Positions 25,797 through 36,661 of a stretch of 50,439 bases of DNA are shown one piece after another. The translations under genes were made by a program, and so were the position numbers. The notes under the pieces are model-generated. The model made no database searches and was not told the origin of the DNA. It worked only from the letters and a program-made list of their open reading frames with translations. This stretch comes from Candidatus Woesearchaeota archaeon CG07_land_8_20_14_0_80_44_23 (GTDB lineage: Archaea; Nanobdellota; Nanobdellia; Woesearchaeales; 0-14-0-80-44-23), in the NCBI GenBank assembly GCA_002779235.1, contig PEXD01000070.1:1-50439 (forward strand), written 5' to 3'. Numbering within the stretch: the first letter of the stretch is position 1; every line of letters begins with the position of its first letter.

Positions 25797-26441
25797 ATGC
25801 TAGGAAAACAAAGAGCAAAAGAGGAGGGCGCTGAGCCCAAAAAAGAGCTGGACAAAATGCAGGATGAAGAGGATAATGAGGGCTGGGAAAAGAGCGTGCT
25901 GGCAAGGGCCATAATAGAGATTCTGGGTGCGCCCAAGGACTATGTTGAAACAACACTAAACGTAATTGCCGATACAATAAAGAAAAATGAGGATTTGAGG
26001 GTTGAAAAGGAGGAATTCTTTGAGCCAAAAAAACAGGAAAAGCTCTTCAGCGCATTCATGGAGCTGGACATAAGGTTCAGGAGCATAGAAGGGCTTTTCG
26101 GATTCTGCATTGACTTCATGCCCTCTTCAGTTGACATACTTGAGCCGGAGAAGATAGATTATGACTCGGCAGAGCTGACAAGGAATGTGAATGACCTTAT
26201 GGCAAAACTGCACAAGATTGACTCTGCGCTCAAGCAGGTAAATGTCGAGAATGAGTTGCTGCAGCACAATGCAATGCTGCTTCTGAGAAACAACGTGATA
26301 ATAACGCTTGGCGAAAAGAAGATGAATCTTAAGGAGCTTTCATCCAGGACAGGCGTGCCTGAGGAGCAGCTCAAGAATTTTCTTGAGCTCTGGATAAAAG
26401 AGGGCATGCTGAAGTCACAAGATGAGCTTTATTTTGTGTGA
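25797..26441 (+). CDS. Hypothetical protein with C-terminal winged-helix-like segment, coupled to scpB
   Basis: 214 aa with an acidic N-terminus and a central coiled-coil-like stretch. The C-terminus is MNLKELSSRTGVPEEQLKNFLELWIKEGML. Its stop overlaps the scpB ATG (ATGA). Confidence 0.4.
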   Translation: MLGKQRAKEEGAEPKKELDKMQDEEDNEGWEKSVLARAIIEILGAPKDYVETTLNVIADTIKKNEDLRVEKEEFFEPKKQEKLFSAFMELDIRFRSIEGLFGFCIDFMPSSVDILEPEKIDYDSAELTRNVNDLMAKLHKIDSALKQVNVENELLQHNAMLLLRNNVIITLGEKKMNLKELSSRTGVPEEQLKNFLELWIKEGMLKSQDELYFV

Positions 26442-27544
26442 CGAAAATGGCTGCTGAGAACGCTGGCAAGGAGCTGGAAGCGAGAAGGAAGATAGAAGCG
26501 CTTCTTTTCTCTTCAGGCAGGAAGATGAGTGCTGCAGAGCTCGCCAAGATTTCAAAGGAGAGCGAGGCAACAGTCAAAAAGGAGATGGAGCTGCTGAGGC
26601 AGGAGTATGACAGCGCAAATTCTCCCATGATGATTGTCCAGGAAGGCGACTCATACAAGATGACAATCAGGGAGAGGTATCTTAGCTATGTCAAAAAGAT
26701 AGTCCCAAAGACAGACATGAACAAGACCATTATTGAGACCCTTGCAATAATTGCGTGGAAGGCGCCAATACTGCAGTCAGATGTCATAAAGATAAGGACA
26801 AACAAGGGCTACGACCACATAGACCAGCTTGAGGAAGCCGGCTTCATCTCCAAGAAAAAGCATGGCAGGTCATACATGATAAATCTTACGCAGAAGTTCT
26901 ATGACTACTTTGACCTTTTAGGCGACTCAGAGCTGAAGAAGGCGTTCAAGAGGATAGATGGGATTGCCAAAAAGTCTCCTAAGAGCGAGAGTGCCAAGAT
27001 AGCTGGAAACCTTGAGGTCTATGGGAACGGCAAGGAAGAGGGCAGCGAGGAAGAGATTAAGGCATATGCCGGCTCAGCCAGTGAAAAGTCGCCGATAAAG
27101 CTCATAATCAGCAAGGCGGCAGTGGAGGAGAAGAATCAGCCTCAGGAAGAAGAAAAAGAAGAAAATATGCCTGAGAAAGCGGCAAAGGATGAAGAGGCAA
27201 AGGAGAATGAGATAATCAGCAGGATGCTTTTGGGAGACAACAAGAAAAAAGAAGGGGCTGAAAAGGAAAATGCTCCTAATGCTCCTGAAGAGGGGCTGGC
27301 AAAGGATGCCATCAAATTTGAGGAAGGCGCTTCGGCCATTGAATTAGCAAAGAAAATTCTTTCAGGGGATTCTCAGAAGAAAAAGCCTAAGCTGGACCTC
27401 TTTGAAGATGAAGAAGAAGAAAAACAAGAGGAAGAGGAGAGCCAGGAAAAGGAAGAAAGCAAGGATTCAAAAACTGAAGATTCAGATGATTCTGAGCTGG
27501 ACAAGATTTTCAGCGAAGAAGAAGAAAAAGAAGATAAGAAGTGA
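26438..27544 (+). CDS. scpB: Segregation and condensation protein B (ScpB) with long acidic/Lys-rich tail
   Basis: RRKIEALLFSSGRKMSAAELAKI and ETLAIIAWKAPILQSDVIKIRTNKGYDHIDQLEEAGFI. The last ~170 aa are E/K-rich low complexity. Confidence 0.85.
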   Translation: MTKMAAENAGKELEARRKIEALLFSSGRKMSAAELAKISKESEATVKKEMELLRQEYDSANSPMMIVQEGDSYKMTIRERYLSYVKKIVPKTDMNKTIIETLAIIAWKAPILQSDVIKIRTNKGYDHIDQLEEAGFISKKKHGRSYMINLTQKFYDYFDLLGDSELKKAFKRIDGIAKKSPKSESAKIAGNLEVYGNGKEEGSEEEIKAYAGSASEKSPIKLIISKAAVEEKNQPQEEEKEENMPEKAAKDEEAKENEIISRMLLGDNKKKEGAEKENAPNAPEEGLAKDAIKFEEGASAIELAKKILSGDSQKKKPKLDLFEDEEEEKQEEEESQEKEESKDSKTEDSDDSELDKIFSEEEEKEDKK

Positions 27545-27759
27545 AAATAATGCTTCTCTTAAAATGCCCTAAATGCGGACACAAGATGAGATGCTCGCCG
27601 AAGGGCAGTATCTCTGGAAAGAAGAAGAGGTGCGTCTACTGCGGCAGGACATTCAGGATTGAGGGAAACATTGTCAAAGAAATCAGCTTGAGAGTTAAAG
27701 CACCGCGTGAGAAAATAAAGAGAGGAAAAATAAATGAGTATAAAATCGAAACTTTATAA
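27541..27759 (+). CDS. Small C4 zinc-ribbon protein (DUF1922-like)
   Basis: CPKCGHKM...[12 protein letters not shown]. The start is probably ATG 27550. The family assignment is from memory of archaeal DUF1922 proteins. Confidence 0.5.
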   Translation: MKIMLLLKCPKCGHKMRCSPKGSISGKKKRCVYCGRTFRIEGNIVKEISLRVKAPREKIKRGKINEYKIETL

Positions 27760-27796
27760 TTTAACTGAAATTAGTAAAAAGATTTCAGAAGGGTGT

Positions 27797-28969
27797 ATGA
27801 GTCTTATCAACTCACTAAGCAAAGAAAAATTAAAAATTGCTTTGATTAGCTATTATTATCAAAAGCCAACAATTTCTGGTGTCGGAATACATGTACAAAA
27901 TCTGGCAAAATACCTAGTAAAGCACAATTGCGAAGTCCATATATTTTGCCATGGTGATGCTGACCAGTATTATAAAGAAAACGGAGTTTATATACATCTC
28001 ATAGGAAAAGTTTTAACACCCATGGCAGAGAATTTTTCCAAAGAGAACTTAGAATATGATCTTTTTGAATCAGAAGTCATAAAAGAAATAATCCGAGAGA
28101 GTTTGAAAAAAAAATTTGATATCATTCATACTCATGGATCTCTTACAAAAGCCGCATTTATTCTAAAGAAAGTTTACAAAATCAAATGGGTTCATACTTT
28201 CCATGCAATAGAGAAGATAAGAATTAAAGAGCTTAGTAAAGAAGAAAAAGAGTTCAAAGATCTCATATCTTGGATCGAGCATACAACTAATTACTGCGAC
28301 GGCGCAATATTTGTTTCAAAAAATTTATTAAAGGAAGGAGAAAAAGAGTACACTCTAAAATCTAAGAAAATTATTCATAATGGGGTAGATCTTAGGCTAT
28401 TCAGTTACCACCCTATAACTAATAAAAATGTGTTATTCATTGGGAGGTTTAGCAAAGATAAAGGCATAGACTTATTGCCAGAATTAATAAAACAGGTAAT
28501 GACAATAAAAGATGCAAGTTTTACTGCAGTCTGCCCTTATACTTTTATAGATGGAGAACGAAAAGAGATTAGAAGCACTATAACTGAGTTAGAAGAAAAA
28601 TATGGAGTGAGATTAAAAGTAATTACTTCGCCTAAGAATCAAGAAAGTTTAATAGAATTATATAAGAAATGCCAAGTTTATATTCAACCCTCAAAATATG
28701 AGTCCTTTGGATTATGTATCTTAGAAGCAATGGCAATAGGTAGACCTGTTATAGCCTTTAGAGTTGGAGGAATTCCGGAAGTCATAGGAGACTCGGGTTT
28801 TGTCGTAACTAATAAAGACGCATTCATTTATAAATTGGATGAACTATTAAATAATCGAGATGAATGCATCCGAATCGGAAAAAAAGCTCATCAAAAAGCC
28901 AAAGAATTTGATTGGGACTTAATCGCAAAAAAAACAATAAAATATTATGAGGAGTTAAAAAATGAATGA
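27797..28969 (+). CDS. Glycosyltransferase family 4 (AT-rich islet)
   Basis: KIALISYYY...GVGIHV N-terminus and the EX7E region [20 protein letters not shown]. An alternative start is 27734. The region is visibly AT-rich. Confidence 0.8.
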   Translation: MSLINSLSKEKLKIALISYYYQKPTISGVGIHVQNLAKYLVKHNCEVHIFCHGDADQYYKENGVYIHLIGKVLTPMAENFSKENLEYDLFESEVIKEIIRESLKKKFDIIHTHGSLTKAAFILKKVYKIKWVHTFHAIEKIRIKELSKEEKEFKDLISWIEHTTNYCDGAIFVSKNLLKEGEKEYTLKSKKIIHNGVDLRLFSYHPITNKNVLFIGRFSKDKGIDLLPELIKQVMTIKDASFTAVCPYTFIDGERKEIRSTITELEEKYGVRLKVITSPKNQESLIELYKKCQVYIQPSKYESFGLCILEAMAIGRPVIAFRVGGIPEVIGDSGFVVTNKDAFIYKLDELLNNRDECIRIGKKAHQKAKEFDWDLIAKKTIKYYEELKNE

Positions 28970-29594
28970 AGAGTTAATCTATCCGGCAATTTTAATAATC
29001 TCCGGAATTTTAATATCAACTATAGTAATAATCTTTCTTACAAGATTTTCTAATAAAATTACAAAATTCTTTGAGTTATATCCAGAATCAAGAGGAATAC
29101 TTAGCATTTCTCTAAAGATTATATGTTGGTTTATAGGATTAATCATATTCCTTATATTCTTTAGGTGGGCTTTGATAATACTTAATCAAGAGTTTACAAA
29201 AAATTTTGTAGAAAATATTATAACAGCGTCACCTAAATATATTCTAGCAGTAGTTATCATTATATCAGGGTCTTACATCTCAAGATGGATCAGAGAAAGG
29301 TCAAAAGATTACCATTTTGAATTTAAGGAAAGAATGCTTTTAATTATGGATTTAATAATTTATATGACATTTGTATTCACGGCTTTATATTCTGTAGGCA
29401 TTAATATGATCTTTTTCCTGGAGTTTTATAAGGTTCTGTTATGGATCATCGGTGCAATAATTGCATTAATTATTAGCATGACAATTGGAATTCCGTTGGG
29501 AATAAGCATATATGAAAGGATGAAAAAAGAGAAGAAAAAAGTGAGTGACCGCCAGAAGAAAGAGAAGAAAGTTCATGATTCAGAAGAGTGGTAA
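28962..29594 (+). CDS. Hypothetical polytopic membrane protein
   Basis: About 5 hydrophobic helices and a K/E-rich C-tail. It overlaps the GT4 stop by 8 nt and has the same AT-rich composition. Confidence 0.5.
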   Translation: MNEELIYPAILIISGILISTIVIIFLTRFSNKITKFFELYPESRGILSISLKIICWFIGLIIFLIFFRWALIILNQEFTKNFVENIITASPKYILAVVIIISGSYISRWIRERSKDYHFEFKERMLLIMDLIIYMTFVFTALYSVGINMIFFLEFYKVLLWIIGAIIALIISMTIGIPLGISIYERMKKEKKKVSDRQKKEKKVHDSEEW

Positions 29595-29595
29595 A

Positions 29596-32190
29596 ATGGA
29601 AAAAAATTCACCGGACAAGGAAGTGAGGCAGGATATCAAGCCAAGGCAGATAGAAGACGAGATGACCTCCTGCTACATGGACTATGCAATGTCAGTGATA
29701 ATAGGCAGGGCCCTCCCGGATGTCAGGGACGGGCTGAAGCCCGTGCACAGGCGCGTTCTCTATTCCATGAAGGAGCTCGGGCTCCTCCACAACAAGCCAA
29801 CCATGAAATCGGCAAGAATTGTCGGGGACTGCCTTGGAAAATACCATCCCCACGGGGACATGGCTGTCTATGACACGCTTGTGAGGATGGCCCAGGGCTT
29901 CTCAATGAGGTATCCCCTTGTTGACGGGCAGGGAAACTTCGGGAGCATAGACGGGGACAGCGCAGCTGCGATGAGGTATACTGAGGCGCGCCTTTCCAGT
30001 ATTGCTGAGGAGATGCTCTCTGACCTGGACAAGGAGGCAGTTGACTTTGTCCCGAATTTTGACGGCACTCTTCAGGAGCCATCTGTGCTTCCTGCAAAGC
30101 TTCCGAACCTTCTGATAAACGGCAGCTCTGGAATCGCAGTTGGAATGGCCACAAACATACCTCCCCATAATATTTCTGAGATTGCTGACGCTGTTGTGGC
30201 AGTGGTTGACAATCCTGCCATAACTACAAATGAGCTCTGCGGGATTGTAAAGGGCCCTGACTTCCCGACAGCAGGCATAATCTATGGGAGGAATGGGATA
30301 AGGAGCGCATATGTGCGGGGAATCGGAAAGGTGCTTGTAAGGGCAAGGACTGAGGTAGAGGAGAAAAAGGGGAGGCAGAGGATAATCATAAGGGAGATTC
30401 CATACAATGTCCAGAAGTCGCTGCTTGTTGAGAGCATTGTAGATGTCATAAAGGGCAAGAAGGTTTCAGGCATCTATGACATAAGGGATGAGAGCGACAA
30501 GGATGGCGTGAGGGTCATACTTGAGCTGAGGCAGGATGCAGATGCAGGGGTTGTGCTGAATCAGCTTTACAGGCATACAGGGCTTCAGTCAACCTTCGGA
30601 ATAATAATGCTTGCCATAGTTGATGGCGCACCCCATGTCCTGAATCTCAAGCAGATGATTGAGCACTTCATAAGCCACAGGAAGAATGTCATTGAGAGAA
30701 GGACAGGGTATGACCTGAGGAAGGCAGAGGAAAGGAAGCATATCCTTGACGGGCTTATCATTGCGCTGAAGAACATTGACGATGTTGTGAAGAAGATAAA
30801 GGCGTCCAGGACAGTGGATGCTGCCAGGGAAGTCCTCCAGAAGGATTATGCCCTGAGCGATGCCCAGACGAGGGCTATTTTAGACATGAAGCTCCAGCGC
30901 CTCTCATCACTTGAGCAGGAAAAAGTGGTTGACGAGCACAAAGAGGTTTCCCTCCTGATAAGGCGCCTGAAAGAGATACTTGCCTCACAAGCAGAGATAA
31001 TGAAGATAATAAGGCAGGAGACCATTGAACTCAAGGCAGCATACGGGGATGCGAGGAAAACCGAGATTGTGGATGCGCCAGACTCGGAAATCACTATTGA
31101 AAAAGAGGACATAATTGAAGAGGAGAATGTTGTTATCACGCTGACGAGGAGCGGCTACATCAAGAGGACTTCGCTTTCAGAATACAGGGTTCAGAAGAGG
31201 GGCGGAAAGGGGCTCATAGGCACAGAGACAAAGGATGAGGACTTTGTCACAGCCATAAAAGTAGTGAACACCCACTCATACCTGCTGTTCTTCACAGACA
31301 AGGGAATGCTTTACAGGATAAAGGCCTATGACATACCAGAGTCGCAGAGGGCCTCAAAGGGCAGGCCTGTGGTGAATTTCCTGAAGACGGAACCGGAGGA
31401 GAAGGTTTCTGAGATGATTGAGGTTCCAGAGTTCTCAGGCGGAAAGTTCATAATACTCGCCACGAAAAAGGGGATAATCAAGAGGTCATCGCTTGAGGAA
31501 TACAATTCGCAGAGGTCATCAATAAGGGCGATAATACTTGATGAGGACGATTCTGTTGTGGGAGTTGCCCTGGGAGACGGCTCAAATGAGATAATCCTTG
31601 CAACGAGGAAGGGCTCTGCAGCCAGATTCAGGGAAGATGAGCTGAGGAGCATGGGAAGAGTTACGCAGGGAGTGAGAGGGATACGGCTTGGCAAGGATGA
31701 CTATGTTGTTGAGATGATTGTGGCAGACAAGGAGAAATGCCTTTTGACAGTGACTGAAAAGGGCTTCGGAAAGAGGACCCCAATCTCAGAATACCGCCTT
31801 ACTGGAAGGGCAGTCAAGGGCGTTACAAACATAAAATTGTCTGAGAAGACAGGGAATGTTGTCGGAGTTAAGGAAGTTGAGGAGGGGGATGAGCTCATGC
31901 TGATAACAAAGAGCGGCAGCGCCATAAGGTTCCCTGCTGAGCAGGCATCCCTTGTCAGAAGGCATGCCCAGGGAGTCCACCTGATAAGGCTTGATGAGAA
32001 TGATTTGGTGGTTTCTATAGCCAAGATAAAGAAGGAAAATCTTGAGCTAGAAAGCAGGAAGGCAGAGCCGGGGCCTGCTGACCTGGAGGATTTGCCTGTA
32101 GGCGAGGATGATTCTGAAGAGAACAGTGAAGGGAACAGCAGTAATGCTGAGAATAACGGAAATGGCAGCAGCGTAGAGGATGAGGATTAG
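29596..32190 (+). CDS. gyrA: DNA gyrase subunit A
   Basis: [27 protein letters not shown], active-site [11 protein letters not shown]-terminal beta-pinwheel repeats and an acidic tail. The start is set at ATG 29596, just after the previous stop. Confidence 0.93.
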   Translation: MEKNSPDKEVRQDIKPRQIEDEMTSCYMDYAMSVIIGRALPDVRDGLKPVHRRVLYSMKELGLLHNKPTMKSARIVGDCLGKYHPHGDMAVYDTLVRMAQGFSMRYPLVDGQGNFGSIDGDSAAAMRYTEARLSSIAEEMLSDLDKEAVDFVPNFDGTLQEPSVLPAKLPNLLINGSSGIAVGMATNIPPHNISEIADAVVAVVDNPAITTNELCGIVKGPDFPTAGIIYGRNGIRSAYVRGIGKVLVRARTEVEEKKGRQRIIIREIPYNVQKSLLVESIVDVIKGKKVSGIYDIRDESDKDGVRVILELRQDADAGVVLNQLYRHTGLQSTFGIIMLAIVDGAPHVLNLKQMIEHFISHRKNVIERRTGYDLRKAEERKHILDGLIIALKNIDDVVKKIKASRTVDAAREVLQKDYALSDAQTRAILDMKLQRLSSLEQEKVVDEHKEVSLLIRRLKEILASQAEIMKIIRQETIELKAAYGDARKTEIVDAPDSEITIEKEDIIEEENVVITLTRSGYIKRTSLSEYRVQKRGGKGLIGTETKDEDFVTAIKVVNTHSYLLFFTDKGMLYRIKAYDIPESQRASKGRPVVNFLKTEPEEKVSEMIEVPEFSGGKFIILATKKGIIKRSSLEEYNSQRSSIRAIILDEDDSVVGVALGDGSNEIILATRKGSAARFREDELRSMGRVTQGVRGIRLGKDDYVVEMIVADKEKCLLTVTEKGFGKRTPISEYRLTGRAVKGVTNIKLSEKTGNVVGVKEVEEGDELMLITKSGSAIRFPAEQASLVRRHAQGVHLIRLDENDLVVSIAKIKKENLELESRKAEPGPADLEDLPVGEDDSEENSEGNSSNAENNGNGSSVEDED

Positions 32191-32201
32191 CCCTTCTTCT
32201 T

Positions 32202-33659
32202 CTAATTTCTGCCTTTTGCTTTTTTGCTGGTGCGCCTTGGCTTTTTCTGGTGCTCCTGCTCTGCCTTGAATTTTATTATTGAATAGTTCACAGGATTTTT
32301 TATCCTTGCACAGAGGGCGTCCGGCTTGCACACGCCGATGTCAGTGTAATACATCTTATTTGAGCAATTTGGGGGAAGGATGCTTCTGCCCTGCCTGTGA
32401 TAGCGAAGCTGCCCTATCACATAGTTCTCTCTTAACGGCTCCCTGTTTTTCTTGTTCCATTCAAGAATTGTTTTTTCTATAATCTCCCTGTCCCAGCCAA
32501 CGCTGGAAAGGAAATTTATCAGTATGAAAAGCGCCCTCTTCCTTCCGTCCTCAAGCCCGGCAAGTATGTTCTTTATGCATGGGGGGAACATCTCAATTGG
32601 AATTGATTTTGTGAGTTCGAAGAAATGCTCATTCTTTTTCTTTCCTAACTTTTCCTTGGACTCCTCTTTCTCGCGCTTCTCAAAGTCCCACTCAAATGCC
32701 TTGAGGAACAATGAAGATGCCTCTCCGCCAACCGCATTTTCCCTGTCCAGGAACCTGAATTTTGAGGCACTGACTTGGTCAAGCGCTGCATCCTCCCGCT
32801 TGAACTCAGAAATCTTTTCAGGGTTAACTGGAATGCTGGCAAGCCCTGATTTCTCATTCACTGAATATGCCAGCCGGTAGAGGTGCCTTGAGGATATCAG
32901 GATGGTGTCTATCTCAAGGAATGAGCTGACATTCAGGCGGGGAGGGGGCAGGTCCTTTCCTGATTCCAGCAAGCGCTTGTATTTATCATATGATAATGTT
33001 CTCCACCTGCCCTGCGAGTCAGTGAATCCGTACTCGCTTATCTCAGAGGTGCTTTTCCCTGTCTTTTTGATTATTGCAGAGATATCATTCTTTTCATATT
33101 TCATTATGCGTTCGCCAATCTTTGGCTTTATCATCTCAGCAATGTAAAGGGCTATTTTCCTCGGCGCGTCTGGAAAAAGGCTTTTGACAGGCCTGTCCTC
33201 TATTTTTTCAGGGAATGCCTCAAACGGGACTCCGATGTGAAAGCCCTTGTTTCCCGAAAACTTTATGCTCAAACTTTTTTTAACACCTGCTGCCTTCAGC
33301 TCCTCAATTACAAGCATCGCTGCAATCCTTGAGTATTCAAACTCGTGGCAGTCAATGTCCAGAACCAAATCCCAGCCGGCCCTCAGCGCATCTGCGTCTG
33401 CCTTTTTCTGCTCAAGGTTTAATGAGAGGGGGTTTTTCCAGATTTCCTCTGATGCGTGGAAAGATGTTGCCCCGTCCTTGGCAAACTCAAGAATATCATT
33501 AGGATAAGTAAGAGTATCAGGCCTCTTTCCAAAGCCAGATTCGCCGTATTTTATAGCAATCTCCCTGTTGGGGCAGTTGTAGAGCATCTCTTCCTCTATC
33601 TCGCGCCTTGAGTAATACCTGATTATCTTTTCCCTGTCAAGATTTGATGCTTCTGCCAT
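32202..33659 (-). CDS. priS: DNA primase: PriS catalytic domain fused to a PriL-CTD-like Fe-S module
   Basis: AEP motifs DLVLDID and FSGNKGFHI, and RLAYSVNEKSG. The C-terminal ~130 aa carry FPPCIKNIL...LINFL plus PPNC, GVC and ALC (4 Cys in total), as in PriL-CTD. Confidence 0.8.
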   Translation of the reverse strand: MAEASNLDREKIIRYYSRREIEEEMLYNCPNREIAIKYGESGFGKRPDTLTYPNDILEFAKDGATSFHASEEIWKNPLSLNLEQKKADADALRAGWDLVLDIDCHEFEYSRIAAMLVIEELKAAGVKKSLSIKFSGNKGFHIGVPFEAFPEKIEDRPVKSLFPDAPRKIALYIAEMIKPKIGERIMKYEKNDISAIIKKTGKSTSEISEYGFTDSQGRWRTLSYDKYKRLLESGKDLPPPRLNVSSFLEIDTILISSRHLYRLAYSVNEKSGLASIPVNPEKISEFKREDAALDQVSASKFRFLDRENAVGGEASSLFLKAFEWDFEKREKEESKEKLGKKKNEHFFELTKSIPIEMFPPCIKNILAGLEDGRKRALFILINFLSSVGWDREIIEKTILEWNKKNREPLRENYVIGQLRYHRQGRSILPPNCSNKMYYTDIGVCKPDALCARIKNPVNYSIIKFKAEQEHQKKPRRTSKKAKGRN

Positions 33660-33660
33660 T

Positions 33661-34569
33661 TCACATTGATTCCAGCGCCTTAATCCTTTCCTCTATTGGA
33701 GGATGGGTGCTGAAGAGGTTTGAGAACCAGTTGGGCTTCTTGAACGGGTTTGCAATGTACATGTGCTCCATTGCAGGGCTCGCGTCCTTCAGGATGTTGC
33801 TGTCCTTCTCAATCTTTCTGAGGGCGTTTGCAAGCCCTTTGGGATACCTTGTGAGGAGGGCCCCCTCTGCGTCTGCCAGGAACTCCCTCTTTCTCGAGAT
33901 TGCGAATTTTATAAGCTGGGCTGCAAGCGGCGCAAGTATTGCAAGGACTAACCCAACCAGTACAAATATAATCTGAATCTGATTTCCGCCCTCGCGGTCG
34001 CGCCTGTTGGGCCCGGACCACCACATGCTGCGCAGGAATATATTTGCAAGTATCGCCACAACTCCCACAAGTATTGCAACCAGGGTCATGAATCTTACAT
34101 CATAGTTCTTGACATGGCTCATCTCATGTGATACAACGCCCTCAAGCTCCTCCCTGTTGAGCTTCTCAAGCGCTCCTGTTGTGACTGCTATTGAGGCGTG
34201 CTTCGGGTCCCTTCCTGTTGCAAATGCGTTTATCGACTTGTCGTCAATGACATACACCTTTGGCTTTGGAAGCCCTGATGCTATTGAAAGCCCCTCTACA
34301 ATGTTCACCAGCTGGGGATACTCCTTTTTTGACGCAGGAGTGGCGCGGTTTATCGCAAGCACTGCCTGGTCGCCCATGAAATAGCTGAAAGAAATCATTG
34401 TTACTGAGATTATCACTGCAATTATCACTCCCATGTAGCCCGATTGGAAGAGCGCGCCCAGGGCAAAGCCGAGGGCAGCGACTATTGCGAAGAACAGAAA
34501 TGCGAGCAGGACTGAGTTTCTCTTGTTTGAAGCTATCCTCTCATATATCATTGTCTCACTCCGGCACAC
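33661..34569 (-). CDS. htpX: HtpX-type M48 membrane zinc protease
   Basis: HEMSHVKNYD (HExxH), four TM segments, and a C-terminal STHPPIEERI motif. Confidence 0.9.
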   Translation of the reverse strand: MCRSETMIYERIASNKRNSVLLAFLFFAIVAALGFALGALFQSGYMGVIIAVIISVTMISFSYFMGDQAVLAINRATPASKKEYPQLVNIVEGLSIASGLPKPKVYVIDDKSINAFATGRDPKHASIAVTTGALEKLNREELEGVVSHEMSHVKNYDVRFMTLVAILVGVVAILANIFLRSMWWSGPNRRDREGGNQIQIIFVLVGLVLAILAPLAAQLIKFAISRKREFLADAEGALLTRYPKGLANALRKIEKDSNILKDASPAMEHMYIANPFKKPNWFSNLFSTHPPIEERIKALESM

Positions 34570-35113
34570 TCACCTTGACATCGCGCTTTGCTGATTCCTC
34601 TGCCTTGAAGAACTCCCTCTTCTTGAAGGAGAAAGTGGATGCTATGATGCTTGAAGGAAACCTTTCGGCCATTGTGTTGTATTCCATCACAGTGTCGTTG
34701 TAGAACTGCCTTGCATATGCAATCTTGTTCTCTGTGGCTGAAATCTCCTCCTGAAGCGCCAGGAAATTCTGGTTCGCCTTAAGATTCGGGTATGACTCAG
34801 CAACTGCAAACAGCGTCTTTATTCCCTTTGACAGGTTTGCATCTGCAGATGCCTTCTCCTTTATTGATGATGCCTTGAGCATCGCTGTCCTGGCCTCTGT
34901 TATCTCCTTAAAGAGCCCTCTCTCATACTTTGCATAGCCCTTCACAACTTCCAGAAGCTTGGGTATAAGCTCAGACCTTCTCTTGAGCTGGACATCTATC
35001 TGCGAAAAGGAGTTGTCTATCCTGTTCCTGCGAACTATGAAGCTGTTGTATATTGCTATAAAAATTATGATAAGAAGTGCCAGTATTCCAAGAATTATAA
35101 GCAGTGCTGCCAT
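34556..35113 (-). CDS. lemA: LemA family membrane protein
   Basis: An N-terminal TM helix and the LemA core YNSFIVRRNRIDNSFSQIDVQLKRRSELIPKLLEV. AGGGGTGA SD upstream. It forms a typical lemA-htpX pair. Confidence 0.88.
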   Translation of the reverse strand: MAALLIILGILALLIIIFIAIYNSFIVRRNRIDNSFSQIDVQLKRRSELIPKLLEVVKGYAKYERGLFKEITEARTAMLKASSIKEKASADANLSKGIKTLFAVAESYPNLKANQNFLALQEEISATENKIAYARQFYNDTVMEYNTMAERFPSSIIASTFSFKKREFFKAEESAKRDVKVSVPE

Positions 35114-35209
35114 TTTTTCACCCCTTCCCCCTGATTTGCTGCATCTGGGAATTTCTTAATCGGCTTATAAATCTTTCGAAGCAAAGAGTTCTGAATCAAT
35201 AAAGAATTT

Positions 35210-36607
35210 TTATAGCGGATTGCTGAGCTCTTCCTTGTAGATTGATATCACATTGTGCTTTATCTTCTCAGGCATTGTTATCGCATTGTGGGGCTTCAGG
35301 AAGTTCTTGTATAGCTCGTCCTCCTTTGCCCTGGCCTTTTTCAGGAAATTCTTCTTGAATTCATTGATGAGATAGCCTGTTGCGCCGCGTTTGTATGCCA
35401 GGTAGAATGCGAAAAGCTGCTCATCCTTTCCAAGCCCTGTGAGGTCATATGGCTTTATCCTGTTATCTTTATCCTGGCTGCCCTTTGATGCGAACAGCGT
35501 ATAGAGCGGCTTGCTCTCCTTCCCGAACATGCTCTTTGTGAAGCCCACGCGCTTTGGGTCAATGCCGCATGCCACCAGGAAAGCATACATCCTCGCGCAC
35601 TTGGAGCAGTTGTGGCACCATCTTGAGTCAGCCCCCGCTTTATTGTCTGCAAAGCAGCTGGTCTGGTATTTTGCAAGCCGCTTATACCTGCTGTGGAGTA
35701 TTCTTGTTATTGCAAGCTCGTGCAGCGGCTCCACAACGCTCATTGAGGTGCACCTGTTCCTTGTGCTTATTGCAAGCATTGCCTTCAGGCGCATCATCCA
35801 TGTTGGCGACTGGTCAAACACCGGATTGGAAAAAAAGCCGTCTTTTGTGTAGTACCAGTCAGCACAGCTTCTTTCGTTTCCGAAAACTATGTAGGATGCG
35901 TGATGCTTTTTCATGAATGGTATGAGTGCAAGTGCATATTCTGTCAGTTGTGTGCTTGTCCCAAATTCAGAGGGTTCAATGTTCCAATTCTCCCAGTATC
36001 TTATGTTGCCGAGGCTGTAGTCAAGGTTGAGAATTTTCTTGTTGAATTCCTTCAAAAATTTCTTCTGAAGCTCTTTTTTGTGCTTGTTCTCAAACATGTC
36101 CTCTATGTCCGGCTCGCGGATGTATATTGGGAGAGGGTCAAGCCCTATCTCCCTGCAGACAGCATAGCTCAGCAAGCTGTCCTTACCGAAGGTAAAAGGG
36201 ATTATGCTCTTTTCCTCAACTGAAAAATCCAGGTCCGGCTTGTTTATCCTGTAATTCCTGAACTTGTATTTGACATTTAGGTACTGCTTTAGCACCTGTG
36301 AAACCGGCTTGCCGTCTGTCTCGCTGCAGTAGGATGCAGAGAGAAGATTCACCTCCCTGAAGAATGGCTCGAGAAGGGGGAATGAAGACCTGTATAAAAC
36401 CTCTTTTGAGCCGAGCATGAAGGGCAGCTGCATCCCTATCAGCCCTAAAATGTTGTCTGAGAGGAAGCGCTTTGAATTAAGGGGGAATGATTTCCAGACC
36501 GAGCGCGGGTATTTTAGCCTATATGTCCTGCCGTTTATTAAAATATTTATTCCGTTATGGGTCAGTCTATAACTTAAGTGTATGCGCTCATAGGACTGCT
36601 TATGCAT
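35210..36607 (-). CDS. PP-loop (adenine nucleotide alpha-hydrolase superfamily) ATP pyrophosphatase, unknown specificity
   Basis: 465 aa with a degenerate PP-loop IIPFTFGKDSLLSYA. The C-terminal Cys knuckle SCFADNKAGADSRWCHNCSKCARMY is reminiscent of QueC-type motifs. An AATTTAAAAAC box lies about 26 nt upstream of the ATG. Confidence 0.55.
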   Translation of the reverse strand: MHKQSYERIHLSYRLTHNGINILINGRTYRLKYPRSVWKSFPLNSKRFLSDNILGLIGMQLPFMLGSKEVLYRSSFPLLEPFFREVNLLSASYCSETDGKPVSQVLKQYLNVKYKFRNYRINKPDLDFSVEEKSIIPFTFGKDSLLSYAVCREIGLDPLPIYIREPDIEDMFENKHKKELQKKFLKEFNKKILNLDYSLGNIRYWENWNIEPSEFGTSTQLTEYALALIPFMKKHHASYIVFGNERSCADWYYTKDGFFSNPVFDQSPTWMMRLKAMLAISTRNRCTSMSVVEPLHELAITRILHSRYKRLAKYQTSCFADNKAGADSRWCHNCSKCARMYAFLVACGIDPKRVGFTKSMFGKESKPLYTLFASKGSQDKDNRIKPYDLTGLGKDEQLFAFYLAYKRGATGYLINEFKKNFLKKARAKEDELYKNFLKPHNAITMPEKIKHNVISIYKEELSNPL

Positions 36608-36661
36608 TTTTGATACGTTGCTGATGAATTTAAAAACAACAAAATTTCACTGGAATTCTGT

